From Callorhinchus milii (taxonomy: Eukaryota), in contig NW_024704742.1 in NCBI RefSeq assembly GCF_018977255.1, positions 96,040,001 to 96,104,000 of the forward strand: a stretch of 64,000 nucleotides of DNA. Direction: 5' to 3'. This document shows, piece after piece, positions 37,437-50,954 of this stretch. The translations under genes were made by a program, and so were the position numbers. The notes beneath the pieces are model-generated. The model did not search any database. It was not told the DNA's origin and was given only the letters and a program-made list of their open reading frames with translations. The first letter of the stretch is position 1. Each line of letters begins with the position of its first letter.

Positions 37437-38593
37437 GTTTGGCTCCTTCTAGCTCAGCCTGACGCCCATTCATATTTGATTTGTCACGCAATGATTACTA
37501 TTAATATATTTACATTTATTAAGATGTTAATGGTGCTAAGTCTAAAACGTGGGAAAATTTGGATTTCTGTTGCTACCAGTAATAATAACCTGGCAAGAAC
37601 CTTACCTTTAGACATAAATAAACATTTTTGGATGGTGAACATTTGCTGATTGCTCCAGAAATGAAAAGCTTTGTATTGAAAGAGTGATTGTTACAGCAGT
37701 GGCTGGAGGAGGCTTCAGAAGATCGATAACAATTGCGAAACAGCTGTCCACTTGATGTTGTAGAGATTGGCAGTGAAAATATAATGTTGATCCAACGGAT
37801 GAAGCCAAATAGCCAGTTAAACTCTGAGTGAGGATATTTAGGATAAAATGTCACAAGAGCAAATCAGTTGGCTTCAAAATTTGTGCATTAATACAGTGTT
37901 TATCACTTACTCAAGTAGCTCTGTTCTCTTGTCGGACAGTCTTGTTTGCGGAAACTGCCCAAATTATATTGCAAGATGTTTTGTGCAGTAGTGGACCCAT
38001 TTCAACTGCCTCTCCAATGGTCTAGTGGCTATAGACACCACCCAATGTAAGTCTAACAGAGGGAATAAATAGCCTGAAATTCCATCTAGTCTAACCTATG
38101 AGACTAATTTGTCTTAAGATCGCCCACTTTCTTATATTTTAAGACATAAAGGTCTTACAGCGTGGTTCTCAAACTCTGTCATAATGAGCCTTCCTAGGCT
38201 AAGAAAACAGCTCTCTATAGATTACTAAGACAACACAAAGAACTGAAAATCCTATACTTTGCAAGAATACGAGTAATGAAGTAGAAGGGCTTTCATCAAT
38301 ATAGTTGTAATGAGAATATAAGTGAAAAATAATCTTATTTCATAAAGCATCTTTCATGCTATCTTAGATTCTGGTCTCAAAGAGTACAAATCGCAGTAAC
38401 TAAAATAAAACTACACTAACATTTTAGGAAATTATAACACCAAGCAATTATAGATTATGGCAGTATAATATCTATTAGCCTTCCCTTATCCATGGGAGGA
38501 GTGAGCTTGTTTTCTTCCTGTGCGGTGGAATTCAGGGGTTGAGTCATAGAAAGGTAGAGCCATCGATCTGCACCCCTGTCAATTACTCTGATG

Positions 38594-39060
38594 ATTTACA
38601 TAGACTGTACAGTACATAGACTTAAATATTTACATAGACTGTACAAGCCATTCTGCACAACCGTCTGTGCCAGTGTTTATACTCTACATGAGTCTCCACC
38701 ACTCCTTACTTGTTCCCTCGCATACCCGTCTAGTCCCTTCTCTCCAATATGTATATTTAGTTTCCTCTTAAATGCATCTATATTTCTGCTTCGACCACCA
38801 CTTTGGGCAACGAGTTCCAAATTCTCACTACTCTCTGAGTGAAAATTTTTCCTCCTAAATTCTCTTTTAGATTCCCTAGTCACTATCTTATACTTGTGTT
38901 CTGTTCCCTGGTTACGGACTTTCCAACAAGTAGGAACAGCCAATTAATGCTAACCTAATAGAACCCTTTTATAATGTTAAAACACCTCCAATTAGGGCCC
39001 CTCTTAAAATCTCTTCTCTCATGAAAAACAGCCTAGTCCATGCAGTCTACCCTAGTAACA
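38594..39060 (-). mobile_element. CR1 LINE 3' fragment with reiterated tail
   Basis: GTEHKYKIVTRESKREFRR...DAFKRKLN in ORF 38677-38943; tacatagact occurs three times at 38597-38640. Confidence 0.75.
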
Positions 39061-39064
39061 ACTG

Positions 39065-39272
39065 TACAAGGTGTCCACAAAGTCCTGCCCCCCTACACCC
39101 TTTTTTATGCACTAATGAACAACTGAAACATGTGGAAAAATGATGATAATTGTATTTAGAAGCACTTAATTGTATTCAGTACAAGTGTTTAACTGTGTTT
39201 AGATGTCCAGAGGATTGGTATGAGCATCATCATTTTCATGGCAGATAATGATCCGTCGCCATGTTCAGTGTG
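39065..39272. mobile_element. Partial copy of the same Tc1/mariner-like element
   Basis: About 150 bp clearly similar to 13605-13760 (aacaactgaaac...cttaattgtattcagtacaagtgtttaa...catcattttcatggcagataatgatcc). Confidence 0.7.
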
Positions 39273-41829
39273 ACACTTAAGATTTGCTCAGGTCTGTTAT
39301 TTTCACACCAATGAATCCAGTTGTCAGTTATTCCTCTGTTTTTCAGCGATCAACATCTTTATTGCAAATTAAATACCAACCAGTAATTTCCCCTAATTGA
39401 AAGCAATAGAACGGAACTGAAACCAACAGGATCAGCCACCAAGAATGTAAATTTCCCACATGCAATTTTAAAGAGATGCATCAGCTACCCAATAACAATT
39501 CATTAATGAATAAATATCCCTTAACCCAGCTCAAATCACTTGAACTATAAAGCAATACTATGTCAAAAACGGACCTACACCGTTAAATTGATAGACCGGA
39601 TCTCTCCCCCCCACCCCCACAAAAGCTTGAAATATAAATATCCAATGCACTCAAAATTCCAGGGTATTGGAAATATCACCCTATTATGTGGGTCGAATGA
39701 GTGTTGAATTGGCGGTGTGACCATGTAACATGACGATTCAGTCCATTAAAACTGACATTTTGAGTGCATCAATTCTTGTGTGTTTTTCGGATATTTTCCA
39801 GTATCTGCCCACAATAAGAGGCTGGGGTGGACCAGTCGCCCCCCATTCTGTTTCTATCGCTGTCGCGATGGATCCCAGACTGCAAAAAGGCAGGATTTTG
39901 TTTTTTTCGAGCCTCCCTTTATTGAAGGCAGGAGCTGCTGCTGACCCTTTCAATACATCAATTTGTTTTCAGGGAATACGAACCAGCCCACCTATAAGAA
40001 TGATCTATTTGGAACTGAAACAAAGTATTGGAGACTCTTAGCCTATGCTCATTAATAATGGATAGTAAATGTTACTTTGTCCCTGCAGTGCACAAGGTTT
40101 CATTAAGTCTTGGCCACCATTGAGAAAAAATTAATTTTGAAGTGTTATGAAGGAGTACAAGTGAGCATGGCTCTGCACTTCTCACTGGCTTAATTGTCTA
40201 TCCCCCAGCTTGTCCTGAATATAGAAAGGTTAAGAAGAAATAACTCACTTCATTTGTAAGCAGGGTTTTAAAATATATGTTTCAAATTGCTCAGCATGTA
40301 CTGTACATGGTCGACTCAAACAAAACCCTGCAACTCTGTTGAATCGATTGTTTCATGTCCGATTCAGACATTGATCCAACAGTGATGTTCCTTTTTACAT
40401 GATTTATGTTTTTTGCTCTATCTGAAGGTTTCCTAACATCATTCTTGCTGCTCTTCTCTGAACACTCTCCAAAGCTTTGATTTACAAAACTGCACACATT
40501 GGGTCTACTATTGTGAGCTGATTGCTAAAACTTGTCAAATAGAAAGAGAAACCCGTTATAAAAGTTTGCTAGTTTTAGTGCTTATTGCAGATTTAAAAAT
40601 AGTTCACATTACTGATCGTGTTAACCACTGATTCATTGGCGGATTCACTATTAATATTGTTCATGGATCAAGATGGTGCAATGTATCACTAAATACAATG
40701 GTACTTTCCAGACTTTGTTGCACGAAAGTCCTTTGTGTTAAATTTCTTAAACAAAGAACAAACTGAATGCAGTAAAATTTGTACCTTAGCATAAATTCCA
40801 CATAATATGCCTCACTACCCTTGGACTCAAGTGTCCAGGATGATTCAGGAGCAGCCTCGGGTGATCCTGGCTCATATCTTATGTAAGTCAGCAATGAGGA
40901 CACACAGACAATGCATAACCAGATATAGTAATACACAAACTATGGGTTAGTGAAAATTTTTCCTAGTCTCAATATGGTTTCAATTTCTTTAGCAAGAGCT
41001 ACCAATTACACAATTCTGTTACGATATTCAGAAGTGAAGCTTAACAATAAAGATTTTCTATTTAGTACACATTGCAATTCTGTATTGTCCACGTGGAATA
41101 ATAGGAGGCAGAGGGGTACAGAGCAGCAATTTAGTTGAGCGATTCTGAAGAGAATATAATCTATGAGCACAAACTCGAGTGGTTTTTCAACATCAGCAGA
41201 ACCATTGGGTTGAATTACTGTGTTAAGTTCGCAGTCAAGCATTTGTTATTCTTTTTATTTCCTATTTCTTAGTTTTCTTACTGTTCTGAGGTGTGTAAAG
41301 GCGAACTGGCTGGTGTGAGCTGAGTAAAATCTGGATGAGACAGATCTAATATTTGACGTCACATAACACCTGAATTTACAATACACAGATAAAAATCTAG
41401 TAAATTGTATATCGTTAACTAACAAAAAACAAATCCTTTTCTTTTTTTCAAATAGTGTCACATTATTTTTAAAATCACCTTAACAAAAAGGACCTTGGTT
41501 TTAATGTTGCATCCAAAGGACAGCATGGCCCAACAGTGCAGTAGTCCCCCAGTACTGAACTGGAGAGTCATTTTAGGATACAAGCGCGAAATCCCTATGT
41601 GGAGCTTGAACCCATGAGATTTTGACACATAGGCAGGAGTTCTACCAACTGAGCCAGATTACCCACAAGTGTATCAATTAGCATCAGATATACTCAATGC
41701 AATCATATTGCACATTTTATGCAGTGGAAATGTTGGTCAGATTTGCTAGATTACAAACAGGACAACTTGGTAAGGATCTTTGATAGAAAAAACTATAGAG
41801 ATCTCAGCAGATACTTGCAGAGAGGGAAA

Positions 41830-42110
41830 GAGGAAAACAAGAAGAGGCCATTCAGCCCATCGAGCCTGTTCCCATATTTCATTACGTTTTGGCAGATTTA
41901 TTTTAATCCTAATGTCACGCTCTTTTGCTCTATTCCTTAATACCTGTACTATGCAATGACCTACTCCCTCTTGTTTACACATCCCTATTAATTCTGCCTC
42001 TACAGCTTTCTGGGGCAAAGCGTTCCACATTTTCACAACCTTTTGTGTGAAGAAATGCTTGCTGACTTCAGTTCTAACTCTCCTGGTTTTGATTTTACTA
42101 TAACAACTTG
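41830..42110 (-). mobile_element. CR1 LINE 3' fragment
   Basis: KHFFTQKVVKMWNALPQKAVEA in ORF 41746-42162. CR1-type tail relics also lie at about 10470-10570 and 15720-15850. Confidence 0.75.
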
Positions 42111-43317
42111 TACTTATATAGTGTCCTTCATGCAGGACAATGTCTCGGAGCATTGCTGTCACTGTTCACTTGTTGGCTGTTTGTGGAACATTGCTGAAGG
42201 GCGAATTGGCTATGTCATGACTATATCCCCTTGTAATTGAGTTTCAATAACGTTCAGATAAATTATTTATTTATCCCAGATCTTTGCACCTTCTAATGTA
42301 GCAGCCTTTGAATTGGGTGTGGAGATTAATGATTTGCAAGCTGTTCATGTTAAGTTGTGCATTTGAAGTTACTGAAACCCCATTCAGATGGCTAGCTAAA
42401 CATACATATCACCTTCCCAACCCTACAGACCACAGACCACAATCAACACCAATCACAATTCTCTCTGCTTTCACATATAATACAGCATTATAAAGCTGAA
42501 ACAAATGATTATCTGGAAAGTTAAACAAATGTCTTGGAATTTACAAAGAAACTAAATTGCTGACATTCAATGGGAAGAAATTATCAAATGAGAAACTCAG
42601 AATTTTGCAAGGTTTAAAGTTTCTGGAAGGTGAGATGAAATGGGCTAAGGGCCTTCTTCATCTGAAGCTCTCTGGTGAAAGGTAACTGTATATCTACCAG
42701 TGTCATTGGGTCTCATTGCTATCATGTTGAACTATGGTTAGGAAGAGGATATATAGTGTACAGAATTTCAACAGGGGTGTCATTGATGATCTGCTTAGGG
42801 TCATTGAGGTGCAGGCATGGACCACTGCTTCTATTTACAACATCACTGGGGTGGAGCATCCTGCTATTAATTAAGTATAACTTTTGTCAATGAACTTTGA
42901 ACTCACATTTCAGGCTGACACTTCAGTGCAGTGCAGGGCAGAGCGCTATATCGCTGCATTGTCAGAGATATGGACCTTCAGGTGACACAGTTCTTTAGGT
43001 TGGATGTTCAATTTCCCACAGCACTATTCAAAAAGAGAAGGGGGCTCTTCCAGATAGATATATCATTCACTTCATGGCTGTTTGTAGGAAATTGCNGGGG
43101 GGGCAAATTTGCTGCTGCATTTGCCTTCAAATACACAGTCACTACACTTTAACTCAATGAAGCACTTTGAAATATTCTGCTGCTATAGGCTTTATATAAA
43201 ATGAATGGATTATTATATTTACAAAACTCTGTTTCCAAACCGCTTTTAAACAGCAGTTATAAAGTGACATTCTATAATAACCAACTGAGATACATTTAAA
43301 CGTTTCATTTAGATGAT

Positions 43318-43930
43318 ACCCCAAGGTTCCATCCTCGGCCCTCTTCTTTTCCTTATTGTTCCCTCCTGAAAATGTCATCCGCAGACATGGAGTCAACTTC
43401 CATAAGTATGCGGATGACACCCAAAGCTCCACTATCCACAATATCCAGCTAATTCAAAACTTTGCCGCCATATACTCACATGCACTAAACTCCGTACCCC
43501 CATCACACAGCCCTTGCCAGGCTCCCCATCACAGAACAAATTGACTTCAAGATCTATAAATCCATTCATACCCTGACACATCCCTACCTCCCTCACCCGC
43601 TTACACCCCACTGCACTTCCTGCCACCTCCTGCCACGCTCAGCTGTCTCCAGCATACGGCTTGTTCCTCATCCTCTCTACTCCACAATTGGTGGCCGTGC
43701 TTTCAGACCCAAAACGTTGGAACTCTTTCCCTCAATTCTTTCGCCTTACCCACCCCCCGCGCCCGCCCCTCCTTCCGCATTTTCAGATCGTGGCTGAAAA
43801 CCTTTCTCTTTGACCATACCTACAATCACCTCCCCCGGCTCGGCATCAGGCTCCGCCATGATTAACCACTCCAAGATGCTATCCTGTAACAGGGGCGCTA
43901 TATAAATGCAAGTTGCTGTTGCTGTTGTTG
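43318..43930 (+). mobile_element. Old L2 with large internal deletions
   Basis: cccaaggttccatcctcggccct (PQGSILGP), FHKYADDTQ, 3' end ...ggcgctatataaatgcaagttgctgttgctgttgttg. Confidence 0.8.
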
Positions 43931-44689
43931 ATGGTGGTTTAGAAAGTTTGTGGCTGTAATATAGTGGAATATACAGACCCTTTTTCAATTAAATTTATTA
44001 CATTTGAAAAGTTTGACATTTTACAAACTTTTAAAGGCATGGTGCCATTACAGCGTGCAAATCATATTGTTAATCGAGTGATAATTAGTCATTCAAACCA
44101 ATTCCATGATATCCAGGATATTTTGGTTATTCTGATAACATCAAGTTTATAAATTTTGTAAAGTAGTTTATGTTATATTTCCTTGGAGGATGATTCCTGC
44201 TTAAGATTCGTACTCATGTGGCTAAACATATGGTTGTGCCTATCAAGGACAGAATAGAAAATAATGTAGGGATAAGGGCAAATTGGGCATTAAATCCAAA
44301 TTGAGTCAAAAAGTCATTTCAGACGAACATCAAGAATCAACTTTTAGCCTCAAGAAATAGTAGAGCAACTATCATATGATCGAGAGTCTGGGGCAGGAAG
44401 CAGATCAAGTGGAGTCAGAGAGAGGAATAAGCTTTCAGCAGATTGTTAAGTGCAGGCAGAGAATGGGTTGAGTTTATATAGCAAGACATGTAAGAAGTGG
44501 AAGCTGGATCCTGGACATTAGACCCTGAGATGAAACTCTTGAACCAAAAAGCTCCTGAGGCATGAAATACCACCTGGTTTTAACCTGCAAGACCATTTTG
44601 CTCTAAAAAAAGAAGAAATATGCGGAATTGTGGAACTTCCAATTCTAAAATTTTTCACAGTTCTGCAGAATCTTAATCTTTACAAATAA

Positions 44690-45245
44690 AACAACAAAAT
44701 TACATTTGTTTAGCGCCTTTCATGTCGGAAGGACGTCCCAAGGCGCGGGACAGTGTACAGCATTGCAGACCCGAGCTGGGGTCGGGGGGGGGGGAAAGGG
44801 AGGGGAGAGGAAGGGGGTGGCCAATGGCATGGTCGAAGAGGAGGGTCTTGAGACGGGACTTGAAGGAAGCTAAGAAGGGGGTGAGGCAGAGTGATTGGGG
44901 GATGGAATTCCAGAGGTTGGGGGCAGAGTGGCTGAAGGCTCTCCTGCCAATGGTGGGGCAGGTGGATTGGGGACATGGAGCAGGCTGGAGCCAGCTGAGT
45001 AGAGGGAACGGGCGGGTTGGTAGGGGGTTAGGAGGTCGCAGAGGTAGGGTGGAGCGAGGCCATGGAGGGCTTTGTAGGTGAGGACCAGAATCATGAACTG
45101 GATCTTCTGAAGGACAGGGAGCCAGTGGAGTCAGGCGGGAGTGGGGGAGATGGGGTCACAGAGTTTGGTGCTGGAGAGGACACGGGCTGCAGAGTTCTGG
45201 ATTATCTGCAGCCTGTGGAGGGAGGAGTTGGGAAGGCTGAAAAGC
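44690..45245 (-). mobile_element. L2 LINE 3' fragment, in tandem with the next copy
   Basis: ILVLTYKALHGLAPPYLCDLLTPY in ORF 44870-45094; stem-loop at about 44712-44748. Confidence 0.9.
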
Positions 45246-46915
45246 ACCACCAACAACAACAAAATTGCATTTGTAAAGCGCCTTTCACGTTCGGAGAATG
45301 TCCCAAGGCGCTGAATAGTCGGGGATCAGGACCCGAGAGTGGTGGGGTGCAGGGTTGGGGTGAGGTAAGGCAGAGAGGTAGGAGGGCTGCTGAAGGCATG
45401 GTAGAAAAGAAAGGTCTTGAGTCGTGCCTTGAAGGAGGCAAAAGAGGGAGCAAGGTGAAGGGATTGTGGATGGAGTTCCAGAGTGTGGGGGCAGAGAGGC
45501 TGAAAGCCTGGCTGCCTATGGTAGGGCGGGTCAGGCGAGAGACATGGAGCAGACCAGAGCCTGCTGAATGGAGAGAGCGGACAGGTTGATAGGGGGTTAG
45601 TTGGTCGGAGATGTAGGAGAGGGCAAGGCTGTGGAGGGCCTTAAAGTGAGCACGAGGATTTTGAATTCTATCCTCTGAGGGATGGGGAGCCAGTGGAGCC
45701 GAGCGAGGGTGTGGTTGATGCGGTCACGGAGCCTGGTGCAAGAGAGGACAGAACAGAGTTCTGGATGATTTGCAGCTTGTGGAGGGAAGAGTTGGGGAGG
45801 TCAACAAGGAGGTAGTTTCCGTAGTCGAGCCTTGAGGTGACGAATAAGGGTTTCGGTGGCCTGAGGGGTGAGGCAGTGGCGGAGTCGGGCAATGTTGCGG
45901 ATGTGGGGGGAGGCAGAACGGGTCATGGCATGGATATGGGGGAGAAAGAACAGGTGAGGATTGAACAAGATGCCCAGGTTCCTGACTGGCTTGGTGAGGT
46001 GGAATGTGCATCCCTGGATGGTGATGCTGCCAGTGCCTGAGGTGCGGAGTTGCTGGTGTGAGCCAATCAGGAAGGCCTCGATCTTGCTGACATTCAGCTG
46101 TAGAAAGTTGGCTCTCATCCAGGACTTAATGTCTGACAGACAGTCTGTCAGGACGTCAATTGTCCTGGAATCGAGGGTGGAGGCAGAGGGATAGAGTTGT
46201 GTGTCATCCGCATGTATGTGGAAGTTGATCCCATGTCTGTGGATGATGTCACCCAAGTGGGAATGTGTAGATGCTGAAGAGGAGGGGACTGAGGACAGAG
46301 CCCTGAGGAACACCGCATGTGACTGTGCAGGGGCTGGAAGAGAAACCATTGACAGGGACAAATTGGAGATGGTGTGAGCAATAAGACCGGAACCATTAAA
46401 GGACAAAACCAAAATGGAGTCTTGTAGCTCAGTGGTTAGAGCGCTCGCCTTGCAAGCGAGACACCTGGGTTCAATTCCAGGCAGGGCGAAACCTTGGGCA
46501 AGTTTCCTTACTCCACACGCCTAATAATAAACTCTCCAAAACAAAATAATAATAAAAAATTGGTCATTTTCAATCCACGACTGTTTGTGGGACACTGCTG
46601 TGCGCAATTGGTTGCCCCGTTTCGAATTAAATGGTTCAATTCACTTTACAGTCTATTTTCTGTGAAGTGCTTTGAGACGTCGAGAAGATGTGAAAAGTGC
46701 TATATCAAATGCAAGGATTATTACTATTATTATTATAAAGCAAGTGCTCTAACTGCTGAGCTACAGGAGTGTTCCATGGTATCAAAGGCAACAGAGAGGT
46801 CGAGGAGAATGAGGAGGCAGAGGAATCCCTGGTCATAGATGTACAGGATGTCATTTGTCACCTTGACCAGAGCAGTTTCCATGCCGCTCATAGCACGGAA
46901 ACCCGATTGGAGGTC
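45246..46915 (-). mobile_element. L2 LINE, degraded, interrupted by a SINE at 46415-46775
   Basis: HIHADDTQLY...[13 protein letters not shown] in ORF 45801-46412; RT sequence resumes at about 46778-46915; tail at 45246-45315. Confidence 0.9.
46415..46737 (+). mobile_element. Full-length family A SINE inserted antisense in an L2
   Basis: Head ggagtcttgtagctcagtggttagagcgctcgccttgcaagcgag; (TTA)n tail. Confidence 0.92.
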
Positions 46916-47254
46916 TTTTTAAGATGAAATGGATCTTAAACATTAAATGATACATTTAATCCATTTGATCTGAGCTTTGCTGAATGCCAACTCTACCATA
47001 TTCCCATTACAGCATCAAGCTGCTTCTTTAATAGGTCCAGTGTTCTGGATTCAATCATCCTTCCTGGAAAACTGCTCCAGTTGTTGGTTACCCCGTAGCA
47101 GGAGGGCTATCTACTTATTGCTCCGCTGTAGAATAGCACCGTGACATATTTACTTCCACTGGAACAGGCAGACATAACATCAATTTAACATCTCACTAAA
47201 GGACCCAATTCCATCAATGCCCCACTTACTCATTATTATTATTTAAAATAGCAC

Positions 47255-47429
47255 TATTATTTTAAAATATGTTAGTTTGGGACATCTTTTCCTCTAGGTC
47301 AGATGTCATACAAGCCACTTTGGGGTTTGAGCTTCTTCCCTGAGCTACCACTATAGTAAAGAGCCCCAAAGTGTATGACATCTGACGTAAAGGAAAAAAT
47401 GACCTAAACTAACACTTGTTAAAATAATA
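47255..47429. repeat. Long imperfect inverted repeat (about 70-bp arms)
   Basis: tgttagtttgggacatcttttcctctaggtcagatgtcataca...cactttgggg pairs with ccccaaagtgtatgacatctgacgtaaaggaaaaaatgacctaaactaaca. Confidence 0.85.
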
Positions 47430-47885
47430 ATTCTTACATTTGATACAACGCCTTTCATATCAGTAATGACATCTCAAAGTGTTTCACAGTACATATTGTA
47501 CAGTAGTGACTGTGTATTCGGTAGGGAAACTTGGCAGCCGATTTGCAAATTGTTATGTCCCATAAACAAACATAAAGTGAATGACTTTATTTTGGGGATT
47601 GTTGGCCAGAATTCCAGGAGAAACTATCTTCTGTTTTCAAATACTGCCATGGGATCTTTAACAGACAGATCAGTTCACTTTAACATCTGAGAAGGATGGT
47701 ACTAACAATGCAACACATACCCCACACTGTATTGGAGTGTCAGCCTTTGAACTTTGAGATTAATAGTCTAGACTGACAGTCCAGTGAAATGATAGTGAGT
47801 GCTGAATTATCAGAGGGTAGTCCATCGACTTTTGGAATAGAGAAAACATCACTTTTTGTGCCTATCTTAGTATTCCTTAGAATAT

Positions 47886-48210
47886 CTGTGGAGTCCTGTA
47901 GCTCAGTGGTTAGAGCACTCGCCTCTCAAGCAAGAGACCTGGGTTTGATTACCAGCAGGGTGAAACCTAGGGCAAATTTCCTTACTCTACACGCCTAATA
48001 ATAATCTCTCAAGAAAAAAAAAAATTGGTCACTTCAATCTCATGACTGTTTGTGAGACACTGCTGTGTGCAATTGGCTGCCGCGTTTCGCCCACAAATAT
48101 ACAGACAATTCACTTTACAGTATATTCTGTGAAGCGCTTTGAGACGTTTAGAAGACGTGAAAAGTGCTCTATCAAATGCAAGGATTATGATTATCATTAT
48201 TATTATTATA
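47886..48210 (+). mobile_element. Full-length family A SINE, adjacent to or inside an antisense Deu-SINE (about 47423-47770 and 48205-48295)
   Basis: Head tgtggagtcctgtagctcagtggttagagc; tail ...aaatgcaaggattatgattatcattattatt. Confidence 0.9.
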
Positions 48211-50954
48211 TGAGTTCAAAGGCCCTATGTGGGGCTTGAACCCACAACCTTCTGACTCAAAGGTGAGAATGCTACCAATTTAGCCAGACTGACACAAGAC
48301 TGAGCTAGAAAAAATGCCTGAATGAACTAATTAACTATGGTAAAAGTGGTGATTGCATTAATAGACCTACAAAAGAGCTATATTTTGGAGATGATGAAGC
48401 AATGGTAAATCATGAAAAGAGACTTGGGATAAAAAAATAAAGATGTCCCTGTGGGATCAATAACCATCATATAGACTTCCAGTCAAAGGCTCAGTATAAT
48501 CATGGTCTCTTTCAAGCAAAATTTTACTTGCTGCATACATTTGCAAAAGAGATATTTTTAATCAGTTACTTTCAGCTGGAAGGCAGAAAGAATATTCAGA
48601 CATCATCATATTGGTCTCCTGTGTGGTTGGCAATCATTAAAGTCACAATGAGACTGCCAAAATGCTCAAAATCTCCATGTGACATGTAGCACGGTTTCTT
48701 GACCTTAAATATCTTACAGTACAAAAAAAGAACCAGAAACCTTCCAGTTATTCTGAAGAATTGCTTTTTGAAGAATATTTAACCAAGTTGTTCAAGGTGA
48801 CATTGCTTACTATGCCTCCAGGAGGAAGGAGAAAGCTGTAGTTTCCCTCAATAGCTTTTGGAAGATAAAATATGGTCTCTCGAGTCTGTATACAAATGAG
48901 ATTGCACTGCCGATAATGAGGAATCTTTGATGCAGGCCTGGAGGGAGCTGGACTCCCTCTTGGCAGTATAAACAGAATGACTAATGTGTTTCAAAAATCC
49001 TCATTATTATAAACATAGGAATACAACAGAACACCTTTGAGTTTATGCACTTTGTATGCAACAAGCCAGTAGTGTAATACGTTTAGTACAACTCCAGGAC
49101 AGCCGTCTGGCTCCTTTGCTTATCACTGTACTGTCAGTGAATAGTTCCAGCAGTTGTACTCTGGTTACTTTTGATCATGGAAGAACTCCTGCAAAGAAGT
49201 GATCTGGATTTATCTGAAGAACTTGCCCATATAGCCTGTGAAATTCATTTGTACCAAATGGGTTGTATTAAAGCAGATAGTGCCAAATGTCCCGGAGCAT
49301 TTGTTATTCATTATTGGAGGATTCAAATTCATAATAGGGGTGGGGGAGAGAAGGCTGGTGATATTAATTTAGAATCCTTGTATTGCATCCTGTGGCTCCC
49401 TGTGGAAATCCCAGTGGATCTTGGATTTGTCCATTTGATTGATAGCTTTTCCCTGCAGCTCGTAGATTGATTGCAGTGGTAACAGGTGGGGCTGTTAACA
49501 TGCTACATTGGGATTCAGATGCTGGAAACTATAATAATAATAATAATAATCCTTGCCGTTTATATAGTGCCTTATCACATATTCGAGATGTCTCAAAGCT
49601 CTTCACGGAATATACTGTAAAGTGAATTGACTGTACATTTTGTTGACAGAACACGGCAGCCAATAAGAGCCCCATTTGGAGAAAACAGTTTTCTCTGAAC
49701 AAATCAAGGCTCCAGGACCTTGTCAAAGAATTGACATTTTTTCTCTAAATTGTGGATACTGGGAGACTGTAGGTGATCTAAGACGAATAAATAGGAAATT
49801 ACTCACAGAAATGATCACGGTTTGTCTTGAGAAAAGAAAAACTAATGAGAGGAGATATGATCCAGATTTTTAAGTTGCCAAAAGAAATGAATAATTTGGA
49901 TGCAAGCAGGCTATTTAGCTTAGGCTGGGGGACACAAACACCAAATGAACAAGCCTCAAGCAATGTATAAGATTAGAAAGAATTTCTTTCCCACAGAGCA
50001 ATGGGAATGTGAAGTAACTCCCAGCTAAAGCATTTATAATACTTTTTAAAAAATCGCAATTGGAAATCTGAAATAAGCCCAACAGCTTTCAAAAAAACAG
50101 AACTGGATAAAATCTAGTTGGGAATGGAATTGCTGGTTATAATGATAAGTGCAGACAGGCAAGATCAAAATTTCTGTGGAACACGATGATTGTTGAGCTG
50201 CTGGGACTAGAGAAATGTTATGGCCACAAAATATACAGTCACTACAATTTACAGAATATTATGTGAAGCGCTTTGAGACGTCTTGAAGATGTGATAAGGC
50301 ATTATATCAAATGCAAGGATTATTATTACTATTATTATTATTATGGGAAACTGCTCAGGGAGAATTATGTGGAAAGTTAAATAGATTTTCAGAGTATTTC
50401 TTGATGTACCTATATGGTAGGCAAGGAGGAATTTAGAGAATTTGGAGAACTCTAGCTCAGGAGTTTAAATGCATTGGGTGGAATGATAGAATGGACTGTA
50501 CACACATTGTTGGAGAAATAGGCTCAATGGGCCAAATGACATATTCCTGCTCTATGCTTTCTCTTATTCATATCTGTTATTTCTATTTGTTTGAAAATAC
50601 ACACTTCAGTAAGAAACACATCTATAGTATGAATCCCATTATCAATGACAGGGAAGAGAAATACCTTGGATGTGATTATTCAGATTGAAAGAGGCATAAA
50701 CTATTTGCTGAAATCTGGGGAAAGTGAGATGGTGATATGTGGCCACTTGTCAGCCAAAGTTGAATAGGGTATTGGTGAATGTTCTGGGGATTTTTCTTTG
50801 TTGAGTTAGACAATCATGGAATTTCTGCCAGAAGGCTGAACAACAACTTAATAATAATAATCCTTGCATATGATATAGTGCTTTAACAAGTCATTGAGCT
50901 GTCTCAAAGTGCTTCACAGAAATATACTGTAAAGTGAATTAACTGTATATTTTG

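Noticed and set aside
40291..40497. 68-aa ORF resembling a terminal exon
   Set aside because: No recognisable homology. Another frame at 40431-40478 reads KALESVQRRAARMMLG, typical of a CR1/L2-group LINE C-terminal region, so an old repeat relic is at least as likely.
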